In this document: in pieces, positions 21,950-30,864 of the stretch
How positions within the stretch are numbered: position 1 is the stretch's first letter
Layout of the letters: each line of letters opens with the position of its first letter
Assembly (NCBI GenBank): GCA_002369235.1
Contig: DFFF01000035.1
Span: 3,284-52,686 of the forward strand
From: Verrucomicrobia bacterium UBA3783
GTDB taxonomy: Bacteria; Verrucomicrobiota; Kiritimatiellia; RFP12; UBA1067
Length of the DNA stretch: 49,403 nt
Direction: 5' to 3'
Made by a program: the position numbers and the translations under genes
The notes under the pieces: model-generated
The model's database searches: none
What the model was told of the DNA's origin: nothing
The model's input: only the letters and a program-made list of their open reading frames with translations

Positions 21950-21980
21950 GGCGAAAAAGTGAACCCCTTGGTTGATTGCG

Positions 21981-22457
21981 CTATCGGCGGCGGCGGAAGA
22001 AATCTTGGAGAATGGCGAGCGAGGGGGCGGCAAGGACGCCGCCTTGGGTCTCAGGATGATGATTCATCCCTTGGTGGCGAAAAATGCCAAAAACCGATTC
22101 GCCGCCGCGTTTTTCGTCTCCCACACCCCAAACGACGCGTTTAAGCCGCGCGAGCGCAATCGCGCCGGCGCACATCGGACAAGGCTCCTTGGTCACATAA
22201 AGCGTGCAGTCGACAAGTCTTTCGTTGCCGACGGCGGCAAACGCCTGACTGAGCGCGACCATTTCCGCATGGGCGGTCGCGTCGTGCAGGCATTCGGTCT
22301 GATTGTGGGCCTTGCCTACTATCCTTCCTTCGCCATCGACGATTATGCAGCCTAGCGGCACTTCCTCTTCGGCGGCGGCAAGTTGGGCTTCGGCGAGCGC
22401 CCGGCGCATCCAGCGTTCGTCTTCGACCGGATCAATAAAGTTTTTCGAAGGTTCCAT
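21981..22457 (-). CDS. tadA: tRNA adenosine(34) deaminase
   Basis: EVPLGCIIV, HAEMVAL and TKEPCPMCAGAI zinc-deaminase motifs; 158 aa. Confidence 0.9.
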   Translation of the reverse strand: MEPSKNFIDPVEDERWMRRALAEAQLAAAEEEVPLGCIIVDGEGRIVGKAHNQTECLHDATAHAEMVALSQAFAAVGNERLVDCTLYVTKEPCPMCAGAIALARLKRVVWGVGDEKRGGESVFGIFRHQGMNHHPETQGGVLAAPSLAILQDFFRRRR

Positions 22458-22683
22458 TGTCGACCTTCTTAAGCGTGTGGAACCCGGCGCGCTTGGCGCG
22501 ATAATGGAGATCGGTCTGGGAATGAGTGAGCCCAGGCGCCTGGATTACGCGAATAACCGGACTCTTGCAATAAGGACAATGGTCGAGTTTGGGCTCGGAA
22601 AGCTTCTGGGGAATTTCGAAACCGCGCCGGCACTTTTCACAGGAGCGCTCCGGCTCCATGGCCTCATAGACGTAAAGCGGCAT
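22432..22683 (-). CDS. FmdB-family zinc-ribbon protein
   Basis: MPLYVYEA..CEKC....CPYC arrangement (CxxC...CxxC) typical of the FmdB/CxxC_CxxC_SSSS family; 83 aa. Confidence 0.72.
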   Translation of the reverse strand: MPLYVYEAMEPERSCEKCRRGFEIPQKLSEPKLDHCPYCKSPVIRVIQAPGLTHSQTDLHYRAKRAGFHTLKKVDNGTFEKLY

Positions 22684-22684
22684 A

Positions 22685-23230
22685 TTACCTCACGCCGCCG
22701 TTTTGTTTGGCGAGCTTTTTGAGGCGCGTGGCGTATTCGAGGCGCTGCACCGCAGTCATGTGGTCGATGTAAAGGATGCCGTTCAAGTGGTCGAGTTCAT
22801 GCTGGATGGCACGGGCGAGAAAGCCGCGCGCGGTAATCGCCTGGGGCAGGTTGTTCTCGTCGATATACCGGCAAGTCACCTCCTGCGCCCGCACGATCGT
22901 GCCGCCGATCTTCGGGAAACTAAGGCACCCTTCCTTGTCGCACTGGGCACCCTCCGCCGAAACGATTTCCGGATTGAAAAGCTTGAGCGGCATGCGGATG
23001 GGCGCGTTGAACATCGCGTCTTCCTGAGTTTCGCAATTTTCGGGGATGTCGATTACGCAAAGGGCTTCGGTGCGCCCCACCTGCTCGGCGGCAAGACCCA
23101 CGCCGCCGACGTCGGCCATGGTTTCGAGCATGTCGTCGGCGAGCTTGCGCAATTCCGGCGTGACCGCCGCGACACTCTTCGCCTTCTCGCGGAGCACCGC
23201 TTCGCCGTATTTATACACCCGTAGAACCAA
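22685..23230 (-). CDS. def: peptide deformylase
   Basis: [17 protein letters not shown] and QHELDHLNG motifs. I prefer the TTG at 23230, which follows GAGGAGAAGG and gives [10 protein letters not shown].... The track ATG at 23284 lacks an SD and would overlap dut by 74 nt. Confidence 0.85.
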   Translation of the reverse strand: MVLRVYKYGEAVLREKAKSVAAVTPELRKLADDMLETMADVGGVGLAAEQVGRTEALCVIDIPENCETQEDAMFNAPIRMPLKLFNPEIVSAEGAQCDKEGCLSFPKIGGTIVRAQEVTCRYIDENNLPQAITARGFLARAIQHELDHLNGILYIDHMTAVQRLEYATRLKKLAKQNGGVR

Positions 23231-23642
23231 AGCCGCCTTCTCCTCTGTCGGTCTCGTCGGTTTCGCGCGTCTCGACGATTTCATCGGGCTGCGTGACCGG
23301 GGCGATCACTACCTGCGCAATCTTGTCGCCCTTGGCGATTGCAAAATCGGACTCGCCGAAATTGGCGAGAATCACGCCAACCTCGCCGCGATAGCCGGCA
23401 TCGATAGTGCCGGGGGTGTTGAGCACGGTAATGCCGCGCTTGAGCGCGAGGCCGCTTCTGGGGCGCACCTGCGCCTCATAGCCCGGCGGCAACATCATCA
23501 CCAGCCCCGTATGCACGAGCGCCCTGCCGCCCTTGGGAACCACAAGTTCGTCAACGCTGCGCAAATCCATGCCCGCATCGCCGGGGTGCGCATAGGCAGG
23601 CAATGCCGCCTCTGGGACGAGTTTGCGGAATTTAAGGATCAT
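23211..23642 (-). CDS. dut: dUTP diphosphatase
   Basis: ORF 23211..24146 trimmed to ATG 23642 (MILKFRKL...[12 protein letters not shown]...[10 protein letters not shown]...[10 protein letters not shown]). ATGA overlap with the upstream gene. Confidence 0.93.
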   Translation of the reverse strand: MILKFRKLVPEAALPAYAHPGDAGMDLRSVDELVVPKGGRALVHTGLVMMLPPGYEAQVRPRSGLALKRGITVLNTPGTIDAGYRGEVGVILANFGESDFAIAKGDKIAQVVIAPVTQPDEIVETRETDETDRGEGGFGSTGV

Positions 23643-25270
23643 TGAGCCTCTTCCTCGTCCTCGATTACGACCTGATTCATTTCGCCGGGCACATAGCCAA
23701 GACGGGAGAGATTCCACTTCGACCATGCCGCCGGAAGCTGCATCTTCGCCGCCATCGCGACCTCGTCGCGCAGCTGCGCGGACATAAGCGCGGCCTTGGC
23801 GAGATCGCCCTGCTCGCGATTCTCGCACACGACCACGAGACCGCGCCCGGCGCCGGTCGGGACGAATTCCGAAATGCCGTCCTTGGCGAGTTTGCGCGTC
23901 GCACTGGCGACGGCCTGCATATCCTCGATATCGCCGTTCTTGAGGTCGCAAATCGCAAAAGTGAGATTGGTGGAGACATTGCCGGACGCGAGAATCGCAT
24001 CCTTGCCCTGGGCGATTACGGCTTCGACCTGCGCCTTGAAGGCGGCGGCCTTGGCGTCGCGCAGAACGCGCGGACGGATCGCTTCCCTGGCCTCGTCGAG
24101 CGACGGAACATGCGCGGCACTCGTCTCCGCCTTCTCGATCACCCACACCGCGCGGTCGCTCGCAACCACGCCATAGCGAAGATCGGGAACCGAAGGATCA
24201 AGCTCGGCCACGGCGTCGGCAAAGCCCTTCGCGCCGGGCGCAATGGTAGAGGCGTAGCGCATGAAACCTTCCTGATAGGCGCCATCAACCGTAAACCAGT
24301 CGGAAACGGTCACGGTCGCGTTCTCTTCCGCGGCGATCGAATCGAGCGTTGCGCCGGGCTGGTAGATGCGCTGGTTCATGTTTGTCGTATAGAATTCGAC
24401 GGCGGCGATCTGGCGCAGTTCCTTCTCGATTTCGCCCTTCACTTCGTCGAAAGCCTTGACGGTTTCGACGCCATTGGTGTCGGTCGAAGTATACTTGTCG
24501 ATCGTGGAGTCGTACATGTCGCGCATTTCGTCCTCGGTGACGGTCATCTTGGCGAGGATGTCTTCGGCGCGGGCGTCGAACTTCACCATGCGCACCTTGA
24601 CGCGCTCGGGAAGCGCGAGCGACTTCTCGTTCTCGGCATACCACTTGGCGATCGCCTCGTCATCTACCGTCACGGCATCGGCATCTTCCTTCTTCTGGGA
24701 GAAGCGGGCGACCTTGACGGTGAAGGAGTCGGTATAGTCGGCGGTGGCGCGCTCCATTTCCATGGGCGAAACCCAGTCTGCCGAGCCGATTACCTCGTCG
24801 TTGATGCGCTGGACGGTGAGGCGACGCTTGAGGAATTCCTCGAAGCGTTCGGGCAGAACCGAATTTTCCCGCAAGAGCGCCTGGTAGAGACGGAAGCTGA
24901 ATGCGCCGTTCGCGGCGAACGAGCGATCGCTCCTGATCGTGGCGGCGACTTCGGAGTCCGGGCAGACGATGCCGTTGGCTTCGGCGGCATCGAGGGCGGC
25001 AAGCGTTTCCCAAGCCTGAGCGTTCACTTCGCTCTGCTTGCGACGCCAATCGCGTCCGCGCCCGAGTCCGCGCACATCCTCCTGAATGGCGGCGAAAGTC
25101 TTGGCGTCCACGGCTTCGCCGGCGAGGGTGCCGGCGTCACCGGCGTTGCGCTCCTCGCGTTCGCGCGTCGTGAAAAGATCGTCAAAGCAAAACGCCGCCG
25201 AAATCACGATGGCGAACGCGCCCCATACCCACTTGTTCCTAATCAGCTTGTTGAACTGCAGAATAACCAT
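23639..25270 (-). CDS. PpiD/SurA-N-like periplasmic chaperone (membrane-anchored)
   Basis: The N-terminus [22 protein letters not shown] resembles the PpiD anchor, followed by a long SurA_N-like region. I cannot see a clear parvulin domain. Confidence 0.55.
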   Translation of the reverse strand: MVILQFNKLIRNKWVWGAFAIVISAAFCFDDLFTTREREERNAGDAGTLAGEAVDAKTFAAIQEDVRGLGRGRDWRRKQSEVNAQAWETLAALDAAEANGIVCPDSEVAATIRSDRSFAANGAFSFRLYQALLRENSVLPERFEEFLKRRLTVQRINDEVIGSADWVSPMEMERATADYTDSFTVKVARFSQKKEDADAVTVDDEAIAKWYAENEKSLALPERVKVRMVKFDARAEDILAKMTVTEDEMRDMYDSTIDKYTSTDTNGVETVKAFDEVKGEIEKELRQIAAVEFYTTNMNQRIYQPGATLDSIAAEENATVTVSDWFTVDGAYQEGFMRYASTIAPGAKGFADAVAELDPSVPDLRYGVVASDRAVWVIEKAETSAAHVPSLDEAREAIRPRVLRDAKAAAFKAQVEAVIAQGKDAILASGNVSTNLTFAICDLKNGDIEDMQAVASATRKLAKDGISEFVPTGAGRGLVVVCENREQGDLAKAALMSAQLRDEVAMAAKMQLPAAWSKWNLSRLGYVPGEMNQVVIEDEEEAQ

Positions 25271-25303
25271 TTGTGAGACCTGTATCTTTCTTCTTTAGTT
25301 GCT

Positions 25304-26446
25304 TTAGAAATCGAGTCCTGCGTCGTCGAACGCCTCGTCGCCCGAAGCACCGGCGTCGGCATTATCGCCACCTTCATCGCCGGAATCGCCGGAATCGTCC
25401 TCGACTATGTCGATATCGACGATATCGGTATCGGCGGCGGCGGCGGCGCGCTGCTTGGCCTCTTCGTCGGACTTGGCGTCTTTGTCCGCCTGATGCTCGG
25501 AGCCGGTGGTCTCATGATGGTTTTCAGAGAACCAGTAGCGGTCCTTGCGGTTGCCGTTGGTGTCGAAGGTCATGGTGGTGACGGCAAGATTCTCGCCAAC
25601 CGCCGGAACCGCGCGATGGATGCGCACCACGGTCTTGGGCGAGAGCAGCCAGTCGGCATAGCGGTGCTCCGTGGTCTTCTCCTGCGTATCGAGATCGATC
25701 GTCTCCCAGAGTCCGGTATCAAGCTTGACGGCGAGGTCGCCCGCCTTGCCGTAGAGTCCGGTAAAGAGCAGATCCGAGGAATTGCGGATTACAAAGCCCT
25801 GCGAAGCGCGGAGATTGAGCACCTCGAAATGGCGGCCCTTGACGGACAGGTTGCCCGTAAGGCACTTGATGAAGCACTTGTCGCCGTCGCCGGTCGTCTC
25901 GTACTCGTAGCGGGATTCGCCAGCCGCGTTCAAGACGGTCCAGCCCGGAGCGGAGATGAATATCATGCCTTCCGGCAGGCTGCGCGGAAGATTGACGTTG
26001 ATCTTGCCGGACTTCAGCTCGATGGTGCGCGTCTTTACCTCCAATGGCTGCACGACAGTCGCAAAGGAAGACTCGCCCTCGACCACGACTTCGACCTTGG
26101 GGCCAAGGCGGATCTTGGCGGTAGAGGCCGCACCGACGGTGCGAAACGCGGTTCCGAGCGGATAGAATCGCCCTTCCTCGGTCTCGCGCCATTCAGTCTG
26201 AGTGGGGATGAGAGCCTCGCAGCGACCCTCGACTTGATGGCAAAGCGCCAAGACGTAATAAAGTTTTTCCGGCGCCTTGTTCTTCGCGGGGGCGGACTCC
26301 GCTTCCGCATCTTCGGAGGCTTCCTCCCCTTTCGCGACTTCCTCCGCCGCCTCTTCGCCTTCGTCCATGAAGTCAGAGATATCCTCGTCCTGCGCATGCA
26401 CGGCGAAACAAGCCGCCGCCGCCACGGCAAAAATCAGTTTTTTCAT
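25304..26446 (-). CDS. secreted protein with acidic N- and C-terminal tails and a possible FecR-like beta domain
   Basis: Signal peptide MKKLIFAVAAAACFAVHA. Asp/Glu-rich termini. The core ELKSGKINVNL...FISAPGWTVLNAAGESRYEY weakly resembles the FecR fold. Confidence 0.5.
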   Translation of the reverse strand: MKKLIFAVAAAACFAVHAQDEDISDFMDEGEEAAEEVAKGEEASEDAEAESAPAKNKAPEKLYYVLALCHQVEGRCEALIPTQTEWRETEEGRFYPLGTAFRTVGAASTAKIRLGPKVEVVVEGESSFATVVQPLEVKTRTIELKSGKINVNLPRSLPEGMIFISAPGWTVLNAAGESRYEYETTGDGDKCFIKCLTGNLSVKGRHFEVLNLRASQGFVIRNSSDLLFTGLYGKAGDLAVKLDTGLWETIDLDTQEKTTEHRYADWLLSPKTVVRIHRAVPAVGENLAVTTMTFDTNGNRKDRYWFSENHHETTGSEHQADKDAKSDEEAKQRAAAAADTDIVDIDIVEDDSGDSGDEGGDNADAGASGDEAFDDAGLDF

Positions 26447-27615
26447 ACGAGATGCGCTCCTTCAGAGGGCTTGATGAGGCTGATCGCGGGTTCATCGCCG
26501 AACTTCGCCTTGTATTCGCGGGCGATTGCGGCCGCGATGCGGTCCGCTGCCGAGGGGTCGACGAGCAGGCAGCAGCTGCCGCCGAATCCGCCGCCGGAAA
26601 GACGCGCACCATAGACCTCGGGGATGGCCTTGGCGGCATCGACGATCGCATCAAGCTCCTCGCAGGAGTTCTCGAACCAGTTGCGGCTCGACTCGTGGGA
26701 ATCGTACATCAGCGCGCCAAAGCCCTTGAGATCGCCGTTTTCGAGGAGCGCGGCGCCCTGAACGACGCGCTCGTCCTCGCCAATCGGGTGGACGGCGCGG
26801 CGGGCGACAGTCTCGGAAAGTCCGCCGCGATAGAGCACCCACTCGGCCATGGTGACATCGCGCAGATGCGTCACCTTCTTGCGCAGGACGCCGGCGAAAT
26901 ACTTCGCGGCCTCTTCGCAGGCGGCGCGGCGGCTCGCGTATGCGCCATCGACGAGCGCATGCTTGGCGTTGGACTTCACCATCATGAACGCGACACCATC
27001 GCCCATCGGAACCGTCTCAAAGGTGTTGGAGCGGAAGTCGCTCTTCACCAGCGCACCTTCCTTGCCGTACATCGAGCTCGCCTGATCGAGCAGACCGCAC
27101 GGGCATCCGGCGAAGGTGTGCTCGGCCTTCTGACCGATCTTCGCCAGCGTCGTCTTGTCCTTCTCGATGCCATAGAGTTTGGAGAGCGCGAGAACAGTGC
27201 ACATCTCAAGCGCGGCGGAGGAGGAAAGCCCGGCCCCAAGCGGAATATTGCCGAGGAACATGCCCTTCCAGCCGTGCGCAGCCTTCGCAGGCTCGCCGTC
27301 GAAAAGCCAATTGAAGGTTCCCGTCACATAATTCTGCCACGTCATTTCCTTGGCGGGGGCGACGGTGTCGAGCGTAAACCTGGCCGTCTCCATGAAGTCG
27401 CCCGCAGTAAGCTCGCAAGTGCGGTCGGCCGCGGGCGCAACGGCAAAGAAAGTGCCCTTGTCGATCGCCGCCGAAAAAACATAGCCCTCGTTGTAGTCGG
27501 TGTGGTTGCCCAAGACCTCGATGCGTCCCGGCGCATACGCCACGATCTCCGGCTTCATGCCGTAAAGCTTCTCGAATTTCGCTACGAGTTCGTCATAAAC
27601 TTCCTGGTTCAACAT
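26443..27615 (-). CDS. galK: galactokinase
   Basis: APGRIEVLGNHTDYNEGYV and GNIPLGAGLSSSAALE (GHMP kinase) motifs. Confidence 0.9.
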   Translation of the reverse strand: MLNQEVYDELVAKFEKLYGMKPEIVAYAPGRIEVLGNHTDYNEGYVFSAAIDKGTFFAVAPAADRTCELTAGDFMETARFTLDTVAPAKEMTWQNYVTGTFNWLFDGEPAKAAHGWKGMFLGNIPLGAGLSSSAALEMCTVLALSKLYGIEKDKTTLAKIGQKAEHTFAGCPCGLLDQASSMYGKEGALVKSDFRSNTFETVPMGDGVAFMMVKSNAKHALVDGAYASRRAACEEAAKYFAGVLRKKVTHLRDVTMAEWVLYRGGLSETVARRAVHPIGEDERVVQGAALLENGDLKGFGALMYDSHESSRNWFENSCEELDAIVDAAKAIPEVYGARLSGGGFGGSCCLLVDPSAADRIAAAIAREYKAKFGDEPAISLIKPSEGAHLV

Positions 27616-27636
27616 AACTTAGGCTCCTTGGTTGAA

Positions 27637-28926
27637 TTACTTGATTTTGCGGGTAAAAGCGAGCGCATACACGAACAGGTACGCAAAGCACAGCGCCGGA
27701 ATCGCGAAGCTGATCACGAATCCGCACTTGTCGGCGATGAAATTCTGCACCAGCGGAATCAAAGCGCCGCCGATCACCATTTCCATGAAGAGGCCGGACG
27801 CCTTCTCGGTATTCTTGCCCAGTCCGTCGACCGAGAGATTGAAAATCGTGGCCCACATCACCGAAGCGCAAAGACCGCATGCGATAAAGAAGAACGCCGA
27901 AACCGGGAGCTTGACCCCGGCTCCGAACGGCACCCCAACGCCAACTTTGGCAAGCGCCATGCCAAGCACCACGAACACCACGCCGGCGCCGCCGGTTACC
28001 AAGAGCAGCATCCGCGGCGTCACCTTGCCGCCGACCGCCGCGCCGATGAAACGGCCGACCAGCATCAGCGCACAAAACGCGCCAAATGCGCTGCCGGCGA
28101 TCGCCGCCAGCTTCGCAGGGTCGTTGCCGAGTGCCAGAAGCGGCGAATCGGTTCCGTCCGAAAGCCAAAGATTCATGCCGGTGCCGACGCCGGCTTCGAT
28201 GCCCATGTAGAGGAAAATGCCGATGATACCCATGATGCAGTGCCGCGAAGTGATCGGCAGTCCGTCGCCGGTTTCCGCCGTCGCCTTCTGCTCCGGATCC
28301 TGGATCGGCAGGAACGCAATAATCACAAACGCCACCGCGAAAACCGCCGCCGCCGTAAAGAGCACGCCGGAGATGTCGGCGATCTTGGTCTCTGCCGTCA
28401 CCGCGCCCACGATGCCGCCCAGAAGAATAGGCGCCAGCGTCGTGCAGATCGACTGGAACGTGCCGCCAGCGAGGTTGAGCTGGTTGCCGCGCGCGCCGCC
28501 CAAGGTGTTGAGCATCGGGCAGATGACCGTATTGAGCATGCACATCGAAAATCCGGAGATGAACGCACCGAGCAAGTAGACGTACCACGCGCCCGGAATG
28601 CCGCCCATCGTCTCAAGATTCACGAACCCGGACAGCGTCTGGATCAGCACGCCCACGCAGCCCGCGGCCACCGCCACGAGCGAGGTCTTCTTGTAGCCGA
28701 TTTTGGAAAGCAGAATTCCCGACGGAATCCCCATGAAGAGATATGCCATGAAGTTCATGGTCACGCCCATCGTGGCGAGCATGTTGGAGCCCGCGATTCC
28801 CGGCTGTTCCTTCCAGATTGCGCCCACCGGCGCCGCCATGAAGGTGACAAAACCCACCATGCCGTAAAGGGCAAACATCGTAAGTATGCCGATTAGGCTA
28901 CCGCTCTTTTTCGCTGTATCCGCCAT
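27637..28926 (-). CDS. MFS transporter, probably a sugar permease
   Basis: ORF 27637..29238 trimmed to ATG 28926 (MADTAKKSGSL...) after an AAGGAG SD. About 12 TM segments. It sits directly upstream of galK. Substrate is not determinable by eye. Confidence 0.7.
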   Translation of the reverse strand: MADTAKKSGSLIGILTMFALYGMVGFVTFMAAPVGAIWKEQPGIAGSNMLATMGVTMNFMAYLFMGIPSGILLSKIGYKKTSLVAVAAGCVGVLIQTLSGFVNLETMGGIPGAWYVYLLGAFISGFSMCMLNTVICPMLNTLGGARGNQLNLAGGTFQSICTTLAPILLGGIVGAVTAETKIADISGVLFTAAAVFAVAFVIIAFLPIQDPEQKATAETGDGLPITSRHCIMGIIGIFLYMGIEAGVGTGMNLWLSDGTDSPLLALGNDPAKLAAIAGSAFGAFCALMLVGRFIGAAVGGKVTPRMLLLVTGGAGVVFVVLGMALAKVGVGVPFGAGVKLPVSAFFFIACGLCASVMWATIFNLSVDGLGKNTEKASGLFMEMVIGGALIPLVQNFIADKCGFVISFAIPALCFAYLFVYALAFTRKIK

Positions 28927-28959
28927 CGCCTGCTCCTTGTATTGGATTTGTTTCTTGGT

Positions 28960-28988
28960 ATTATACAATATTTTGCAGATTATGTCAA
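28960..28988 (-). promoter_or_regulatory. consensus sigma70 promoter (TTGACA-17-TATAAT) for the MFS-galK array
   Basis: Minus strand TTGACA (28988-28983), 17-nt spacer, TATAAT (28965-28960). It overlaps the alaS stop codon (28980-28982). Confidence 0.62.
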
Positions 28989-30788
28989 GTTTCCGATGAC
29001 CGCTTTGATGCGCCGGACGCCTGCCGAAGACGACTGTTCCTTCAGGATTTTGAAGCTTCCGAGCTCGCTCGTGTTTTCCACATGGGGTCCTGAGCAAATC
29101 TCCTTGGAAACATCGCCGATCGAATACATGCTCACCTGATCGCCGTATTTCGCGCCGAAGAGCGCCATCGCGCCCTCCGCCTTGGCCGCTTCGACGGTCG
29201 TCATCTTCTTCGTCACCGGAATCGCCGCCTTGATCCACTCGTTGACCTTGGCTTCGACCTGGGCGATCTGTTCATCGGTCATTTTCTCCGGCCATGTGAA
29301 GTCGAATCTGAGCCGCTCGGGGGTTATGTTCGAGCCTTTCTGGTTCGCGTTGGGGCCGAGCACCTGGTGGAGTGCGGCGTGCAGGAGGTGCGTCGCGGTG
29401 TGCATGCGCGTGACTACGGCGGAGTTGTCCTGGAGACCGGCCTTGAACGAGCCCGCGCTCGTGGTGCGGGAGAGTTCCTGATGCTTGCGGTTCGCCTCTT
29501 CAAAGCCTTCCTTGTCCACTGCGAGTCCGGCCTTCTCCGCCATCTCGAGCGTCATCTCGAACGGAAAGCCGAACGTATCGTAGAGTTTGAACGCCGTCTT
29601 GCCGCTGATCAACGTCTGGTTGTGGAGCTTAAGCTGCTCGGCGACCTTGTTGAACATCGCCTCGCCCTTGTCGAGCGTCTGGTTGAAGCGGTTTTCCTCC
29701 GCTTCGAGATCGAGCTTGCATTGTTCGAGATTGGCGGCGAGTTCCGGATAGACATTCTTGTATTTCTCGCAAATCACCTCGGCGAGCGCCACGGTGAAAC
29801 CCGGCGCGATGCCGAGCATGCGGCTGTAGCGGATTGCACGGCGGATGAGGCGGCGGAGAACGTAGTTCGCGCCCACATTGCCGGGCTTGACGCCGCCCTT
29901 GGGATCGCAAAGAATGAAGGTCGCCGTGCGCATGTGGTCGGCGATGATGCGCCGCGCCTTGAGCGTTTCGGCAGGATCGGCGCCCTCGGGGACGCGGGAG
30001 AGTTCGTCAATCTTCGCCATGATGGGCGCGAAGATTTCGGTGTCATAGACGGTAGGCGCACCGCTCATCATGCAAATCGTGCGCTCGACACCCATTCCGG
30101 TATCCACATTGTGCCGCCCCAGCGGCTCGAACTTGCCTTCCGCATTCTTGTTGTACTGCATGAAGACGTCGTTCCATATCTCTATGTATTTGCCGCAATG
30201 GCAGCCGGGACGGCAATCGGGCGAACACTTTTCCTTGCCGGTATCGATAAACATCTCGGTGTCGGGTCCGCACGGACCGGTCGTGCCAGCCGGACCCCAC
30301 CAGTTGTCCTCGCGCGGCAGACGGAAAATGCGCTCGTCCGGTATGCCCATCTCGCGCCAAATCGCCGCCGCCTCGTCATCGGCGGGAATGCCGTCCTCGC
30401 CCTTGAACACGGTGACATTGAGCTGGGCGGGATCGAAGCCGAGGTGCCGGGTGAGGAACTCGAACGACCAGGAAATCGCCTCGCGCTTGAAATAGTCGTT
30501 GAGCGACCAGTTGCCGAGCATTTCGAAGAAAGTAAGATGCGCGGCGTCGCCTACGGCATCGATGTCTCCCGTGCGCACGCACTTCTGCACATCGGTAAGA
30601 CGCGTGCCCGCAGGGTGCTCCATCGCGCCCATGAGATACGGCACCAACGGGTGCATGCCCGCCGTGGTGAAAAGAACGGTAGGATCGTTTTCCGGGATGA
30701 CCGAAGCCCCGGGGATTATCTTGTGCCCCTTGGACTCGAAAAACTTCAAATACATCTCGCGGAGCTCATCCGCAGTAAGATTTTTCAT
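28980..30788 (-). CDS. alaS: alanine--tRNA ligase, compact form (602 aa)
   Basis: KFFESKGHK, FTTAGM and WGPAGTTGPCGPDTE catalytic-core motifs. HTATHLLH and CSGPHV editing-site motifs. The ORF ends right after GVRRIKAVIG. Confidence 0.9.
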   Translation of the reverse strand: MKNLTADELREMYLKFFESKGHKIIPGASVIPENDPTVLFTTAGMHPLVPYLMGAMEHPAGTRLTDVQKCVRTGDIDAVGDAAHLTFFEMLGNWSLNDYFKREAISWSFEFLTRHLGFDPAQLNVTVFKGEDGIPADDEAAAIWREMGIPDERIFRLPREDNWWGPAGTTGPCGPDTEMFIDTGKEKCSPDCRPGCHCGKYIEIWNDVFMQYNKNAEGKFEPLGRHNVDTGMGVERTICMMSGAPTVYDTEIFAPIMAKIDELSRVPEGADPAETLKARRIIADHMRTATFILCDPKGGVKPGNVGANYVLRRLIRRAIRYSRMLGIAPGFTVALAEVICEKYKNVYPELAANLEQCKLDLEAEENRFNQTLDKGEAMFNKVAEQLKLHNQTLISGKTAFKLYDTFGFPFEMTLEMAEKAGLAVDKEGFEEANRKHQELSRTTSAGSFKAGLQDNSAVVTRMHTATHLLHAALHQVLGPNANQKGSNITPERLRFDFTWPEKMTDEQIAQVEAKVNEWIKAAIPVTKKMTTVEAAKAEGAMALFGAKYGDQVSMYSIGDVSKEICSGPHVENTSELGSFKILKEQSSSAGVRRIKAVIGNLT

Positions 30789-30818
30789 GTTTCTTCCTTC
30801 AACTCTGAATTCTTGGAT

Positions 30819-30847
30819 ATTATATCAAAATTCGGCGGGAAATACAA
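30819..30847 (-). promoter_or_regulatory. sigma70-like promoter for alaS (TTGTAT-17-TATAAT)
   Basis: Minus strand reads TTGTATTTCCCGCCGAATTTTGATATAAT. The -10 is 30 nt upstream of the alaS ATG. It is 30/31 identical to the rsmA promoter. Confidence 0.55.
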
Positions 30848-30864
30848 GATGAGCGCAATTGCCG

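Noticed and set aside
18893-21950. The low-GC island as a mobile element or prophage remnant.
   Set aside because: I could find no integrase, transposase, terminal inverted repeats or tRNA attachment site. I report it only as a compositional island.
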